Source: Candidatus Moraniibacteriota bacterium (GTDB lineage: Bacteria > Patescibacteriota > Minisyncoccia > Moranbacterales > UBA2206). Taken from it: a DNA stretch of 42,787 bases. Positions 1 through 8,857 of the stretch are shown here, piece by piece. A model generated the notes under the pieces. The model saw only the letters and a list, made by a program, of their open reading frames with translations. It had not been told where the DNA came from and did no database searches. Numbering within the stretch: position 1 is the stretch's first letter; each line of letters begins with the position of its first letter. The DNA lies in assembly GCA_003543115.1 (NCBI GenBank), contig DPJH01000006.1, positions 1 to 42,787 on the forward strand, given 5' to 3'. Both the position numbers and the translations under genes were made by a program.

Positions 1-1004
1 CGAGGAATCAATTTTCCTCTTGGCACTTCAATTTGGCGCAGTCCGCCCAGTTCTGTTCTGAGAAAAACCCCTTTGCCTTTTTCAACTCGGCCGATGACTT
101 TAGCCTCGGGGTTGAATTTTCTAAGAATATTTAAAACTTTTTTTACATTTTTTTCTGACACGCTCGCCACAAATCTTCCTTCCGAAGCCAAGGAGAACTT
201 ATCCAATCCCAAAAGCTCCGTAACAGCCACCGTTTCTTTTTTGTATGGCAAGACTTCTTCATCCAAAATAATTTTCACTTTAGACTTGGATGCTATTTCA
301 TTAAGATTGGCGGCCAAGCCTCCGCGAGTCGGATCTTTGCAAGCGTTCAAGAATTTTCCTACTTTTTCTATTTCTCTATTAAGAGGCCGGCAATCGCTTT
401 GGATCTTGGTTTTGTAGTCGAATCTTCTGGCTAGAAGCGCTACGCTATGTTCGCCCAGATCGCCTGATGAAATTATGCAATCCCCCACCTCTGCTCCTCC
501 GTTGGAAATTACATCCTTAGCCAACCCTACTCCGGAAGTAGTGATTTCAATCTTATCAATCTTCCCTTTTTCCGTAACTTTCGTATCTCCCGTCACAATC
601 GGCACGCCAGCCTCTTTGGAAACCTTTCCTATTGATTGCATGATTTTTTTCAAATCTTCCATCGGAAAACCTTCCTCCATCACAATGCTAAGACCCACTC
701 CAATAGGCTTTGCTCCCATTACTGACAAGTCATTAATCGTTCCGCACATGGCAATTTTTCCGATATCTCCTCCCGGAAAAAAAATCGGATCCACTATGAA
801 AGCATCTGTAGTAAACACCAGTTTATCTCCTATCACAGAGACGTTTTGCAATGCGTCTCTACCAAGATCATATACCGCCCCGTCATCACCGGTATTTTTC
901 CACCTCCCCGCTCCTCCAAAATTTTTCCGAATCTCAGAAATTATCTCGGCTGATTTCATTCCCCCGCCGCCCATTTCCAAACTAATTGTTTTTTCTTTCT
1001 CCAT
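1..1004 (-). CDS. hypE: Hydrogenase maturation protein HypE (3' end runs off the window; not in the ORF track)
   Basis: Hand translation from ATG at 1004: MEKEKTISLEMGGGGMKSAEII...FTTDAFIVDPIFFPGGDIGKIAMCGTINDLSVMGAKP...GGLRQIEVPRGKLIPR, cut just before the expected PRIC terminus; lies next to hypD and hypC. Confidence 0.95.
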   Translation of the reverse strand, partial: MEKEKTISLEMGGGGMKSAEIISEIRKNFGGAGRWKNTGDDGAVYDLGRDALQNVSVIGDKLVFTTDAFIVDPIFFPGGDIGKIAMCGTINDLSVMGAKPIGVGLSIVMEEGFPMEDLKKIMQSIGKVSKEAGVPIVTGDTKVTEKGKIDKIEITTSGVGLAKDVISNGGAEVGDCIISSGDLGEHSVALLARRFDYKTKIQSDCRPLNREIEKVGKFLNACKDPTRGGLAANLNEIASKSKVKIILDEEVLPYKKETVAVTELLGLDKFSLASEGRFVASVSEKNVKKVLNILRKFNPEAKVIGRVEKGKGVFLRTELGGLRQIEVPRGKLIP

Positions 1005-1386
1005 TTTTTGATTTTCTAAAAATAAAATAAATTGCAAAAAGAATTCCTACTGCGTCAAATAGCACATCTCGAATAGCGCCTTCGCGCCCGGCCACGAACA
1101 TCTGGTGGCATTCATCAAAAACCGCCCCGATCAATGCTATCAAAAAGCTTACCAACAATAAATTACTCTTAGCCTTTCCAACGGACAATGCTTTGTATAT
1201 GAGAAAAGTCAGGATAAAATATTCGGCTATATGGGCGAATTTACGCAAAACCAGATCCGCTTCATAGGAAAAGGGTGAACGCAGGTTCGGTTCAGCAGAA
1301 AACAAAAAAATGACACCCAGCCAAAAGATTGTAGCTAGCGCAAAAACCCATCTATTTTTTTTATTTTTTACTTTATTTTTTTCCAT
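982..1386 (-). CDS. VanZ-family membrane protein
   Basis: LRKFAHIAEYFIL and DECHQMFVAGREGAIRDVLFD are VanZ-like motifs; start moved to ATG 1386 (MEKNKVK) to avoid a long overlap with hypD. Confidence 0.85.
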   Translation of the reverse strand: MEKNKVKNKKNRWVFALATIFWLGVIFLFSAEPNLRSPFSYEADLVLRKFAHIAEYFILTFLIYKALSVGKAKSNLLLVSFLIALIGAVFDECHQMFVAGREGAIRDVLFDAVGILFAIYFIFRKSKNGERKNN

Positions 1387-2407
1387 ATCTATATGACACA
1401 TTACACGCCCCCTCAATTGAAACCATGCAAGGTCCGATGGGATTTTCAGGAGTGCAGCGACGTCCAAACATCGGACATTTTTTGGGTTCAGCCAGTCCAC
1501 GAATTATTTCTCCACATTTGCAGCCTTTAGGCTCTCCCGAATGCGAAAAATCCACTTTATCCAGAATATCTTTATATTTAACCTTGGCGTCAAATTTCCT
1601 ATATTTATTTCTTATTTTGAGTCCTGAACCGGGAATTGTGCCAAAACCTCGCCAATCCCCATCAGCAATTTCAAAAACTTCTGCAATTATTTTTCTTATT
1701 TTTTCGTTGCCATCATTCTTCACTAGTCTTGAATATTGATTCACTACCGTCAAATCATCATTTTTTATCTGATTCAACAATAATACAATTCCCTCCAACA
1801 CATCTTGCATTTCAAAGCCCGTAATCACCTGGGGAATTTCCAGTTTTTCATAGGGATGGATTCCCGTAACCGTGCTCACATGTCCCGGATCAATAAATCC
1901 GTCAATTTTGATTTCTCCCATATTAAGAAGAGCCTGCATCGCCGGCAAAAAAACCTTGTGAGACGAATACACAGTGAGACCTTGTTGGATCCCCCAAGCT
2001 GTCATCGGAGTAGTAGTTTCAAATCCCAGCCCGAAAAAAATCAAATCTGGAAATTCTTTCTGTTTTTCCAAAGCTTCGGAAACCGAATAGACGTCAAAAA
2101 CCTTGGCTCCTTTCTCGCGTGCTTCATTCAAGCTGCCATAGTGCCCCGGCATCCGCAACACATCACCGTAGGTAGCGATCGGAATCCCAGACAAAGCTAA
2201 GCCGATGAGAGCATCAATATCATTTTGAGAAGTCACACAAACCGGACAGCCCGGCCCAGTGATCAGCTTGACATTCTTAGGCAAAACATCCCGAATTCCA
2301 AAACGACTAATGGCCTGCGTATGTGTCCCGCAAACTTCCATCAGACTCACTTCCCGCCCGATTTCCTTAGCAACTTTATTAATTTGTTGAATAGTTTTTT
2401 TCATCAC
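1373..2407 (-). CDS. hypD: Hydrogenase maturation protein HypD
   Basis: MEVCGTHT, GPGCPVC, GFETT, PGHVS and the C-terminal Cys cluster CKCGE...CPMFGRRCTP...CMVSIEGAC. Confidence 0.97.
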   Translation of the reverse strand: MMKKTIQQINKVAKEIGREVSLMEVCGTHTQAISRFGIRDVLPKNVKLITGPGCPVCVTSQNDIDALIGLALSGIPIATYGDVLRMPGHYGSLNEAREKGAKVFDVYSVSEALEKQKEFPDLIFFGLGFETTTPMTAWGIQQGLTVYSSHKVFLPAMQALLNMGEIKIDGFIDPGHVSTVTGIHPYEKLEIPQVITGFEMQDVLEGIVLLLNQIKNDDLTVVNQYSRLVKNDGNEKIRKIIAEVFEIADGDWRGFGTIPGSGLKIRNKYRKFDAKVKYKDILDKVDFSHSGEPKGCKCGEIIRGLAEPKKCPMFGRRCTPENPIGPCMVSIEGACNVSYRYGKK

Positions 2408-2467
2408 TCATTAATCCCTACTAATTCCTTAGCTTGATAATAAAAAACAACCTATAGCAATCGAAGA

Positions 2468-2668
2468 CTATTTCTTTAAATATTCTTGAATATCCGCCAC
2501 CACATCAATCTCCATTTTCTCAATGGCAAAACCGGCATGCACCATCACATAGTCGCCAATTTCAACATCTACCAAGGAAATATTGATGTCTTTCTGAACA
2601 CCATCAAAATCCACTTCGGCCAAATGGTTTTTAATCTTTAAAATTTTCCCGGGTATAGCAAGACAAAT
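2468..2668 (-). CDS. hypC: Hydrogenase chaperone HypC/HupF (apparent ATT start)
   Basis: (I)CLAIPGKILKI...VDFDGVQKDINISLVDVEIGDYVMVHAGFAI; the codon at the usual Met position is ATT (2668-2666). Confidence 0.9.
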   Translation of the reverse strand: MCLAIPGKILKIKNHLAEVDFDGVQKDINISLVDVEIGDYVMVHAGFAIEKMEIDVVADIQEYLKK

Positions 2669-2844
2669 ATGATTAATTTTAAAATTTATTAAATATCCCC
2701 GTCCTGTAAAATTCAAAACTATAAATTGAAATTTGTGAGCGTTAAAAAATTTCCCGCAGGATTTCTTTTTATGGTTTTCGGAAATTTTAGCGAACAATTT
2801 GAAAATTTATTTTTGAATTTTGCCCAGACGGCCTTTTTCTTTTC

Positions 2845-2875
2845 TCCACTTTTCTTTTGGGAAAAGAAAAGTGGA
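2845..2875. repeat. 14-bp perfect inverted repeat (hairpin) between hydA and hypC
   Basis: TCCACTTTTCTTTT-GGG-AAAAGAAAAGTGGA; no clear U-tract on the minus strand, so terminator versus REP-like element is unresolved. Confidence 0.6.
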
Positions 2876-2915
2876 ACATTTCAAATCGAGCGATATCTTC
2901 TTATTCTCAATAAGA

Positions 2916-4325
2916 TCACAAGATATTATTTGACTGTCCTCCCCCACCCACACATCCTCCCGGACAGATCATCGCTTCAATAATTTTAGTTTCAATTCTC
3001 TTTTTCCTGAGACTGATAAAAATATTTTTTATATCCTTCACTCCGTTTGCCTGAATATATTCGATTCCCATTTCTCTTGCAATCATCTCTGCCGCCCCTC
3101 CGCATCGTGTCATCTTGCTCACTTCCTTGTTTTTAGGGCTTATGTCACGACTAAACTCTTCCCCCTCCACTTCAGAAATTTTGATGTTTTTCTTTCTAAT
3201 AATCCTACCAAATTCCCTCATAGTTATTACATAATCAAGACTAGTGTCTTTCTTGATTTTTTTCGCTACACAAGATGAAATTGAAACAACCACGATGTCC
3301 TTTGGATTTATTTTATTTTTCTTTGCATATTCGGTTTTGACAAAAATAGCCATGAGTTCATCCGGAGTCAAAACATCTATAATATTCTTACTGAATTCAG
3401 GAAAATATTTTTCTATATACAGCTTAAGTGATGGACAGTGGCTCAGAATAAGATTATTCGATTGATTGCCTTTTATTTTTTCTATGGTTTTTTCTATAAA
3501 AATTTCCATCCCGAAAGCCAAATCAAAAACTGCTTCAAATCCGACTGCCTTCAATGTGCCGACCAGTTTTCTCTGCGATTCTATTTCCGGCTGTTCTAGC
3601 GACATTGATTCCAATAGAGCCGGATCAAAAAGCGCAACGGCCATTTTCTTAGGATCATCTAATTTTTCTAGGATTTCATCCAAGTCGTTCTTATCCGTTA
3701 TTCCTCCTGTCGGACAATTTTTTACGCATTGTCCGCAAAAAATGCAATCCAATGGCTTTTGATAGGGCGTCCCTACCACCACATCGCCTGAACGATTGTT
3801 GAAAGATAATTCTTTAGTAGGGCAAATATTGATGCACCGGCGACATTCTACGCAAAGTTCCGTAGTTCTGGAAATTGCACTGTTGCCCTCATCCACCACT
3901 ACACGCATCCGATTGTCTTTTAGAAGATCCAGTTCTTCCTCCTGAGTCAAATCTTCTTTTTTTGGAACAAACCTAAAGTTTTCTACCTTTTGGAGCATTG
4001 TCAGATTTTGCAGCTCGCATCTCCTATTTTTCTTGCATGTGGCGCATTTTCCGGCATGATCAGCCCAAAGAAGCTCGAGATTTATTTTTCTGGCCCTGGA
4101 GATATTTTCACTTTGCGTTACAATATCCATTTGCGGACAAGCCTTAGTATTGCAAGAAGTCATCAGTTTTCCGGAATTTTCCACCAAACAAATGCGGCAT
4201 ACTCCCTCATGCACGCCTTTCATATGGCAAAGCGTAGGAATTTTTATCCCCTCCCTTCGACAGACATCCAAGATAGTTTCTTTTTCAGATGCCTCGTATT
4301 CATTATTGTCTATCCGTATTTTCAT
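2916..4325 (-). CDS. HydA/NuoG-like Fe-S protein: 2Fe-2S, His-ligated 4Fe-4S, 2x4Fe-4S and a degenerate [FeFe]-hydrogenase H-domain
   Basis: IPTLC..GVCRICLVE..SC; HAGKCATC..CELQ; CVECRRCINIC; CIFCGQCVKNCP; H-domain motifs LSHCP, SSCVAKK, EAMICPGGCVGGGGQ. Confidence 0.88.
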   Translation of the reverse strand: MKIRIDNNEYEASEKETILDVCRREGIKIPTLCHMKGVHEGVCRICLVENSGKLMTSCNTKACPQMDIVTQSENISRARKINLELLWADHAGKCATCKKNRRCELQNLTMLQKVENFRFVPKKEDLTQEEELDLLKDNRMRVVVDEGNSAISRTTELCVECRRCINICPTKELSFNNRSGDVVVGTPYQKPLDCIFCGQCVKNCPTGGITDKNDLDEILEKLDDPKKMAVALFDPALLESMSLEQPEIESQRKLVGTLKAVGFEAVFDLAFGMEIFIEKTIEKIKGNQSNNLILSHCPSLKLYIEKYFPEFSKNIIDVLTPDELMAIFVKTEYAKKNKINPKDIVVVSISSCVAKKIKKDTSLDYVITMREFGRIIRKKNIKISEVEGEEFSRDISPKNKEVSKMTRCGGAAEMIAREMGIEYIQANGVKDIKNIFISLRKKRIETKIIEAMICPGGCVGGGGQSNNIL

Positions 4326-4330
4326 AAATT

Positions 4331-5581
4331 TTAGTTTATGTTTTTTTCTTTTAATATTTCTTTTCGAAAATTATCTATCGCATCAAAAAAAGCCACTGCC
4401 GCAAACTTTCCCAAGGGACAAAAAGTTGCATTTCCAAGAACCCACAAAATATCGGGAATCGTCTCCAGATCACGTTCTGATATTTTTCCGTCCTTTGCCC
4501 TTTTGGCAATTTCCCACAAACGGAATGTGCCTTCTCGACAAGGAACACATTTTCCACATGATTCTCGGCGAAAAAAACTAGTCCAAGATAAAAGCATCTC
4601 ATGGATGTCCACCGTCCTATCCACAACTAAAACTGCTCCCGAACCCACAGGTATTTTTGCCTCCCGGTCATATTCCAATTTTTCGTCCAGATCTTTTTCC
4701 AAAATCAATCTGCCTGATGAACCTCCAATCTGGGCAAACCAAAAATATTTTCCTTTGGCCATCCCTCCTCCATGCGTCTCGATCAACTCTCTGATGGATG
4801 TTCCCAAAGGAAGCTCCACCACTGAAACGTTCTTTATCGCGCCATCAAGAATAAAAAGTTTTGTTCCAGGAGACTTTTCAGATCCGATCTTGGCATATTC
4901 ATGTCCGCCATTAAGGATTATCCAAGGAATATTACAGATAGTTTCAGCATTATTCACCAGTGTCGGTTTCCCAAAGAGACCTATTTGAGTGGGAAAAGGA
5001 GGTCTGGCTTTGGGTTCGCCTCGATGGCCTTCAATAGAATTGATAAGAGCTGTTTCTTCTCCGCAGATATAGGCTCCGGCTCCGGAAAAAATCTCAATTT
5101 CCAAGCTATATTGACTGTCCAATATTCCTTCTCCCATGAATCCCTTTTCTCGAGCCCTTTCAATTGCCAATTCAAGAATATGAGCTTGTTTTCGGTAATT
5201 ACCGTTAATACAGATAAAAGCTTTGTTGGCTCCTACTATCAGAGAAGAAATTATTATTCCTTCCAAAAGCAAATGCGGATCATTGTCTACTATCATCCTA
5301 TCCTTATAGGTTCCGGGCTCCGATTCATCCAGATTGCATATGAAATATTTTTCAGAAGATTTTTCTTTTTGTACGGACTCCATCTTTGTCCCGGTTGAAA
5401 AACCGGCGCCTCCCCTGCCGCATAACCTGGAAATTTTTATTTCTTCCACGCCTGAAACTGGCGTCATTTCAAACAGAAATTTTTTTAAAGCCTCATATCC
5501 GCCAGCATGGATATATGCTTCTATGTTTTGAGAATTTATTTTTCCCCAGTTTTTTGTAATTATTTTTGTTTCTTTTCCCAT
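4331..5581 (-). CDS. NADH/FMN-binding diaphorase subunit (NuoF/HydB-like)
   Basis: GRGGAGF, CNLDESEPGTYKDR, GAGAYICGEETAL, ESCGKCVPCREG, FCPLG. Confidence 0.95.
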   Translation of the reverse strand: MGKETKIITKNWGKINSQNIEAYIHAGGYEALKKFLFEMTPVSGVEEIKISRLCGRGGAGFSTGTKMESVQKEKSSEKYFICNLDESEPGTYKDRMIVDNDPHLLLEGIIISSLIVGANKAFICINGNYRKQAHILELAIERAREKGFMGEGILDSQYSLEIEIFSGAGAYICGEETALINSIEGHRGEPKARPPFPTQIGLFGKPTLVNNAETICNIPWIILNGGHEYAKIGSEKSPGTKLFILDGAIKNVSVVELPLGTSIRELIETHGGGMAKGKYFWFAQIGGSSGRLILEKDLDEKLEYDREAKIPVGSGAVLVVDRTVDIHEMLLSWTSFFRRESCGKCVPCREGTFRLWEIAKRAKDGKISERDLETIPDILWVLGNATFCPLGKFAAVAFFDAIDNFRKEILKEKNIN

Positions 5582-5588
5582 TTTTACT

Positions 5589-6029
5589 TTATAAATAATT
5601 CTTTAGGATATCATATATTTTTCTTGGAGTAACACGAAGAAATGCGGTTTCATTAATAATTACAACCGGCCCATTGCCGCATTGCCCGAGGCAACTGACA
5701 ATTTCCAATCTTATCTTGGGATTAAATTGATCTCCAGCCTTAATTTTAAGCTGTCTTTCGATTTCTCTGATCACCCTATAAGCATCCTTAGTGGCACAAT
5801 TGGCGCCCGAACAAACCTGAATCTCCAAAGGCGCTCTTTTTTTGGTTTTTACCAAATCATAAAAAGTGGCTGTTTCAAAAATTCTTGAAATCGAAATGTC
5901 AAAATAATCAGCCATCTTTTGAGCGTTTTCCTCATCCACAAATCCGAAAGAGGCGCTGATTTTTTTCAATGCTGGCAATATATTTCTCGGTTCTGGATCA
6001 AAACCCAAAAGTATTTTTTCAACAGTCAT
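5589..6029 (-). CDS. 2Fe-2S subunit (NuoE/HydC-like)
   Basis: ETATFY, VCSGANC, SCLGQCGNGP. Confidence 0.93.
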   Translation of the reverse strand: MTVEKILLGFDPEPRNILPALKKISASFGFVDEENAQKMADYFDISISRIFETATFYDLVKTKKRAPLEIQVCSGANCATKDAYRVIREIERQLKIKAGDQFNPKIRLEIVSCLGQCGNGPVVIINETAFLRVTPRKIYDILKNYL

Positions 6030-6058
6030 ATTTTAACACATTAACACGTAAAAATGAT

Positions 6059-6922
6059 TTAGGCTTTTCCATTGCTGCCAAATAGTTTTATTTTATGTTT
6101 TACGCTTTCCTTTACCGCTTCACGGGCCTTGCCTAAAATTCTTCGCACATCAAATCCCGGATCATCCTGAGCAGTGAAGGTGGCACTCAGGCTATTCACA
6201 AAAGCCAAGCGGGTATTAGTGTCCACATTAAAACAATTTACCCCCATGGCAATGGCTTTTTCCGCTTTTCCATCTTCCCAATCGGAAGCGCCGTGCAAAA
6301 CGATGGGCACATTAATCATGCTGCGAATTTTTTCCAATCTGTCCCAATCAGGGATCTCTCTTTCGATGAAAAAACCATGAGCATTTCCAATCGCCACCGC
6401 CAATGTGTCTATTCCTGTCTTTTCCACAAAATCACAAGCCTGCTCCGGGTCAGTCATATATTTATCCCAATCTACAGCTCCCATTTTATGCTCGCTAAGG
6501 TATGGTACATTCCCTAGCTCTCCCTGTACATCCACCCCTTTTTCATGGCAATAATCCACCACTCTTTTAGTCATAGCTACATTATCCACATAGCTCTTTC
6601 TTGATCCGTCATACATAACAGAAGTCCAGCCGATTTCTACAGCTCTTTCAATAATTTCAAAATTACCGCCGTGATCAATATGAATCCCTACCGGAATCTC
6701 CGGAGCATAAAACTCCACATCATTTTTTATAATATTAAATATCATTCTCCCGCCCGCATATTCCATGGTTTTTTCCGTAACTTGAATAATCACGGGAGAT
6801 TTTAATTCCTTGGCAGCCTCCACAATAGCCCTGGTCGTTTCCAGATTTGTCGTATTGAAAGCTCCTACGGCATATCCTCCCTCTTTAGCTTTTCCTAAAA
6901 TTTCCTTAACGCTTGTAATCAT
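6059..6922 (-). CDS. fba: Class II fructose-bisphosphate aldolase
   Basis: YAVGAFN, HIDHG, VMYDGS, GELG, AIGNAHG, VLHGAS. Confidence 0.95.
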   Translation of the reverse strand: MITSVKEILGKAKEGGYAVGAFNTTNLETTRAIVEAAKELKSPVIIQVTEKTMEYAGGRMIFNIIKNDVEFYAPEIPVGIHIDHGGNFEIIERAVEIGWTSVMYDGSRKSYVDNVAMTKRVVDYCHEKGVDVQGELGNVPYLSEHKMGAVDWDKYMTDPEQACDFVEKTGIDTLAVAIGNAHGFFIEREIPDWDRLEKIRSMINVPIVLHGASDWEDGKAEKAIAMGVNCFNVDTNTRLAFVNSLSATFTAQDDPGFDVRRILGKAREAVKESVKHKIKLFGSNGKA

Positions 6923-6943
6923 ATCTTTATCAAATTATAAAAT

Positions 6944-7711
6944 TTAAAAATTTTTATTTATTATCTCGGCTATTTTTATGAATTCTTTAGGGTCCAAACT
7001 TTCTCTCCCCACTAAAACTCCGTCCACTTCAGCATCCAGGCAGACCTGGCGTATGGTCTTAGCATTCACGCTGCCGCCATAAATAATCGCCACTTCCGAA
7101 GCAAATTTTTTCCCTACCAGTTCATGCAATATTTTTTTAATCAAGAGCTTAGCGCTCATTATCTCATTGGAAGCTGGAACCATATCAGTGCCGACAGACC
7201 AAATCGGTTCATAAGCTATAACTACATTTTTGATCTTGGAAGAATCAATATCAGCCAAAGCCTCCTTCAGTTGATCGGCAACAATCTTCATGGTTTGATC
7301 ACTGTCTTTTTCTTCTCTGGTTTCTCCAATGCATAAAATCGGACGTATGTTTTGTTTCAAAACCGCCTTGATTTTATAACTTATGAACTCTCCGCTTTCG
7401 CCAAAATATCTTCTTCTTTCGCTATGCCCAATAATGACATATTGACAATCAAAATCTTTGAGCATTGATGGAGAAATTTCACCTGTAAAGGAACCCTTCT
7501 CTTCAAAAAAAACATCTTGAGCACCCCGCGCAATTTTCTTGTTTTTCCACTTCTTAAATCCCTCCAGATGCACAAACGGAGGACAAAGAACAATTTCCAC
7601 ATTCTCCATATTTTTCTTGCTGATTTCCTTTCCCATGCGAGTCAAATACGCCTCCCGCTCTTTAATATTCTGGAGATTCATTTTCAAATTGCCGATAACA
7701 AATTTTTTCAT
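6944..7711 (-). CDS. tpiA: Triosephosphate isomerase
   Basis: GNLKMN, GSFTGEIS, IGHSERR, AYEPIW, YGGSV; AAGGAG SD-like site upstream. Confidence 0.97.
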   Translation of the reverse strand: MKKFVIGNLKMNLQNIKEREAYLTRMGKEISKKNMENVEIVLCPPFVHLEGFKKWKNKKIARGAQDVFFEEKGSFTGEISPSMLKDFDCQYVIIGHSERRRYFGESGEFISYKIKAVLKQNIRPILCIGETREEKDSDQTMKIVADQLKEALADIDSSKIKNVVIAYEPIWSVGTDMVPASNEIMSAKLLIKKILHELVGKKFASEVAIIYGGSVNAKTIRQVCLDAEVDGVLVGRESLDPKEFIKIAEIINKNF

Positions 7712-7762
7712 ATTTTTTCTTTTTCACTCCTTTATTATTTTAATTATAACATTTATTAAACC

Positions 7763-7790
7763 AAAAAACAAAATCCGTTAAAGCGGATTT
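7763..7790 (-). terminator. Intrinsic terminator after galT
   Basis: Minus strand AAATCCG-CTTTAA-CGGATTT followed by a T-rich tract. Confidence 0.65.
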
Positions 7791-7814
7791 CTTCATTTCT
7801 ATCTTCGCTTAATA

Positions 7815-8831
7815 TTAAATATTTCTCAGATATTCAGCCGCTATCTCCGGTTGAATGGTGGAAATTTCCACTCCGGTAGAAAGCTCAAAACCCGCCCAGG
7901 TGGAGGTGCGAGGAAGAATCTCAATATGCCAATGATAATGCGGATAATCCTTGCCATCGCAAGGCGAGGTGTGGATATAAAAGTTGTAAGCCGGGTCTCC
8001 AAGAGCCTTATAAATTTTATCCATGACTTTCTGCATTGCTTCAGCCAAGACTAATTTTTCCTTATCGCTCATCCTTTCAAAATAGGGCTTATGTTTTTTC
8101 GGCACAATCCAAACCTCAAAGGCAGCCCTGGATGAAAAAGGACAATATGCAATGAAATCATCCGAATCAAAAACCACTCTTTTTTTATGCTCGCTTTCCC
8201 ATTCGATCATTGTGCAATATGCGCATTTTTTATTGGTTCTATAATAATTTTCTGCTCCGTCCAATTCACTTTGAATGTAAGGAGAAATTACCGGAATAGC
8301 GACCAGTTGCGAATGCGGATGAGAGATGGAACCTCCCGCTTCTTTGCCGTGATTATGAAAAATTTCGATGTAATTGACGCTTTTTTTGTTCATGAGGTCT
8401 ATATATCGATTTTGATAGGCATCCATTATCTCCGCCACTTCCAAAACATCCATTTGGGCAATTTGTCTTTTGTGATCACGTGTCACAAAAAGTTCATGAT
8501 AACCCGTTCCATCCATAGAAAAATACGGCCCCTCTTCATTATGATTCACAATCTCTTCCTTGGAAAAAGCCGGATACTTATTGGGAAAGACCCGCAAGCT
8601 CCAATCTCCACCGGAAGTTTCATAAATCAAAAGGTCTTTTTCTTGGCCTGTTTCTTCCGGGTAGCAAAAAAAACAGGGCTTATCTGAATCCTCTTCTATT
8701 ATTACTCTTTTATTCACGGCAAAATCCTCCGGCCTTTTAGCGCGACCTGTAGCAATCACCACCCAGTCTCCTGTCACCAAATCTTGTCTAAGTTCTGTCA
8801 ATTGATTTTTATTTTTTATGTTTTTTTCCAT
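7815..8831 (-). CDS. galT: Galactose-1-phosphate uridylyltransferase (GalT/HIT family)
   Basis: ELRQDLVTGDWVVIA..RAKRP, RVFPNKYPA, GGSISHPHSQ (HxHxQ), YHWHIEILPR. Confidence 0.92.
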   Translation of the reverse strand: MEKNIKNKNQLTELRQDLVTGDWVVIATGRAKRPEDFAVNKRVIIEEDSDKPCFFCYPEETGQEKDLLIYETSGGDWSLRVFPNKYPAFSKEEIVNHNEEGPYFSMDGTGYHELFVTRDHKRQIAQMDVLEVAEIMDAYQNRYIDLMNKKSVNYIEIFHNHGKEAGGSISHPHSQLVAIPVISPYIQSELDGAENYYRTNKKCAYCTMIEWESEHKKRVVFDSDDFIAYCPFSSRAAFEVWIVPKKHKPYFERMSDKEKLVLAEAMQKVMDKIYKALGDPAYNFYIHTSPCDGKDYPHYHWHIEILPRTSTWAGFELSTGVEISTIQPEIAAEYLRNI

Positions 8832-8857
8832 TTTTACTCAGAACTTTTTTGAGAAAT

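Noticed and set aside
73-1011. Plus-strand ORFs 73..417 and 475..1011, and similar antisense ORFs across the window (e.g. 9756..10172, 4338..4988)
   Set aside because: They are shadows of well-supported genes on the opposite strand (hypE, rplL, NuoF-like)
2669-2797. 43-aa N-terminal extension of HypC in the ORF track
   Set aside because: It would mask the essential N-terminal Cys and reads like translated AT-rich intergenic DNA
2900-2918. TGA readthrough (selenocysteine or code 25) extending HydA
   Set aside because: Another TGA follows three codons later, and long genes in the window have no internal TGA
4331-6029. Respiratory complex I (nuoEFG)
   Set aside because: No membrane or quinone-module nuo genes nearby, and the third subunit ends in an [FeFe] H-domain rather than a molybdopterin-like NuoG domain
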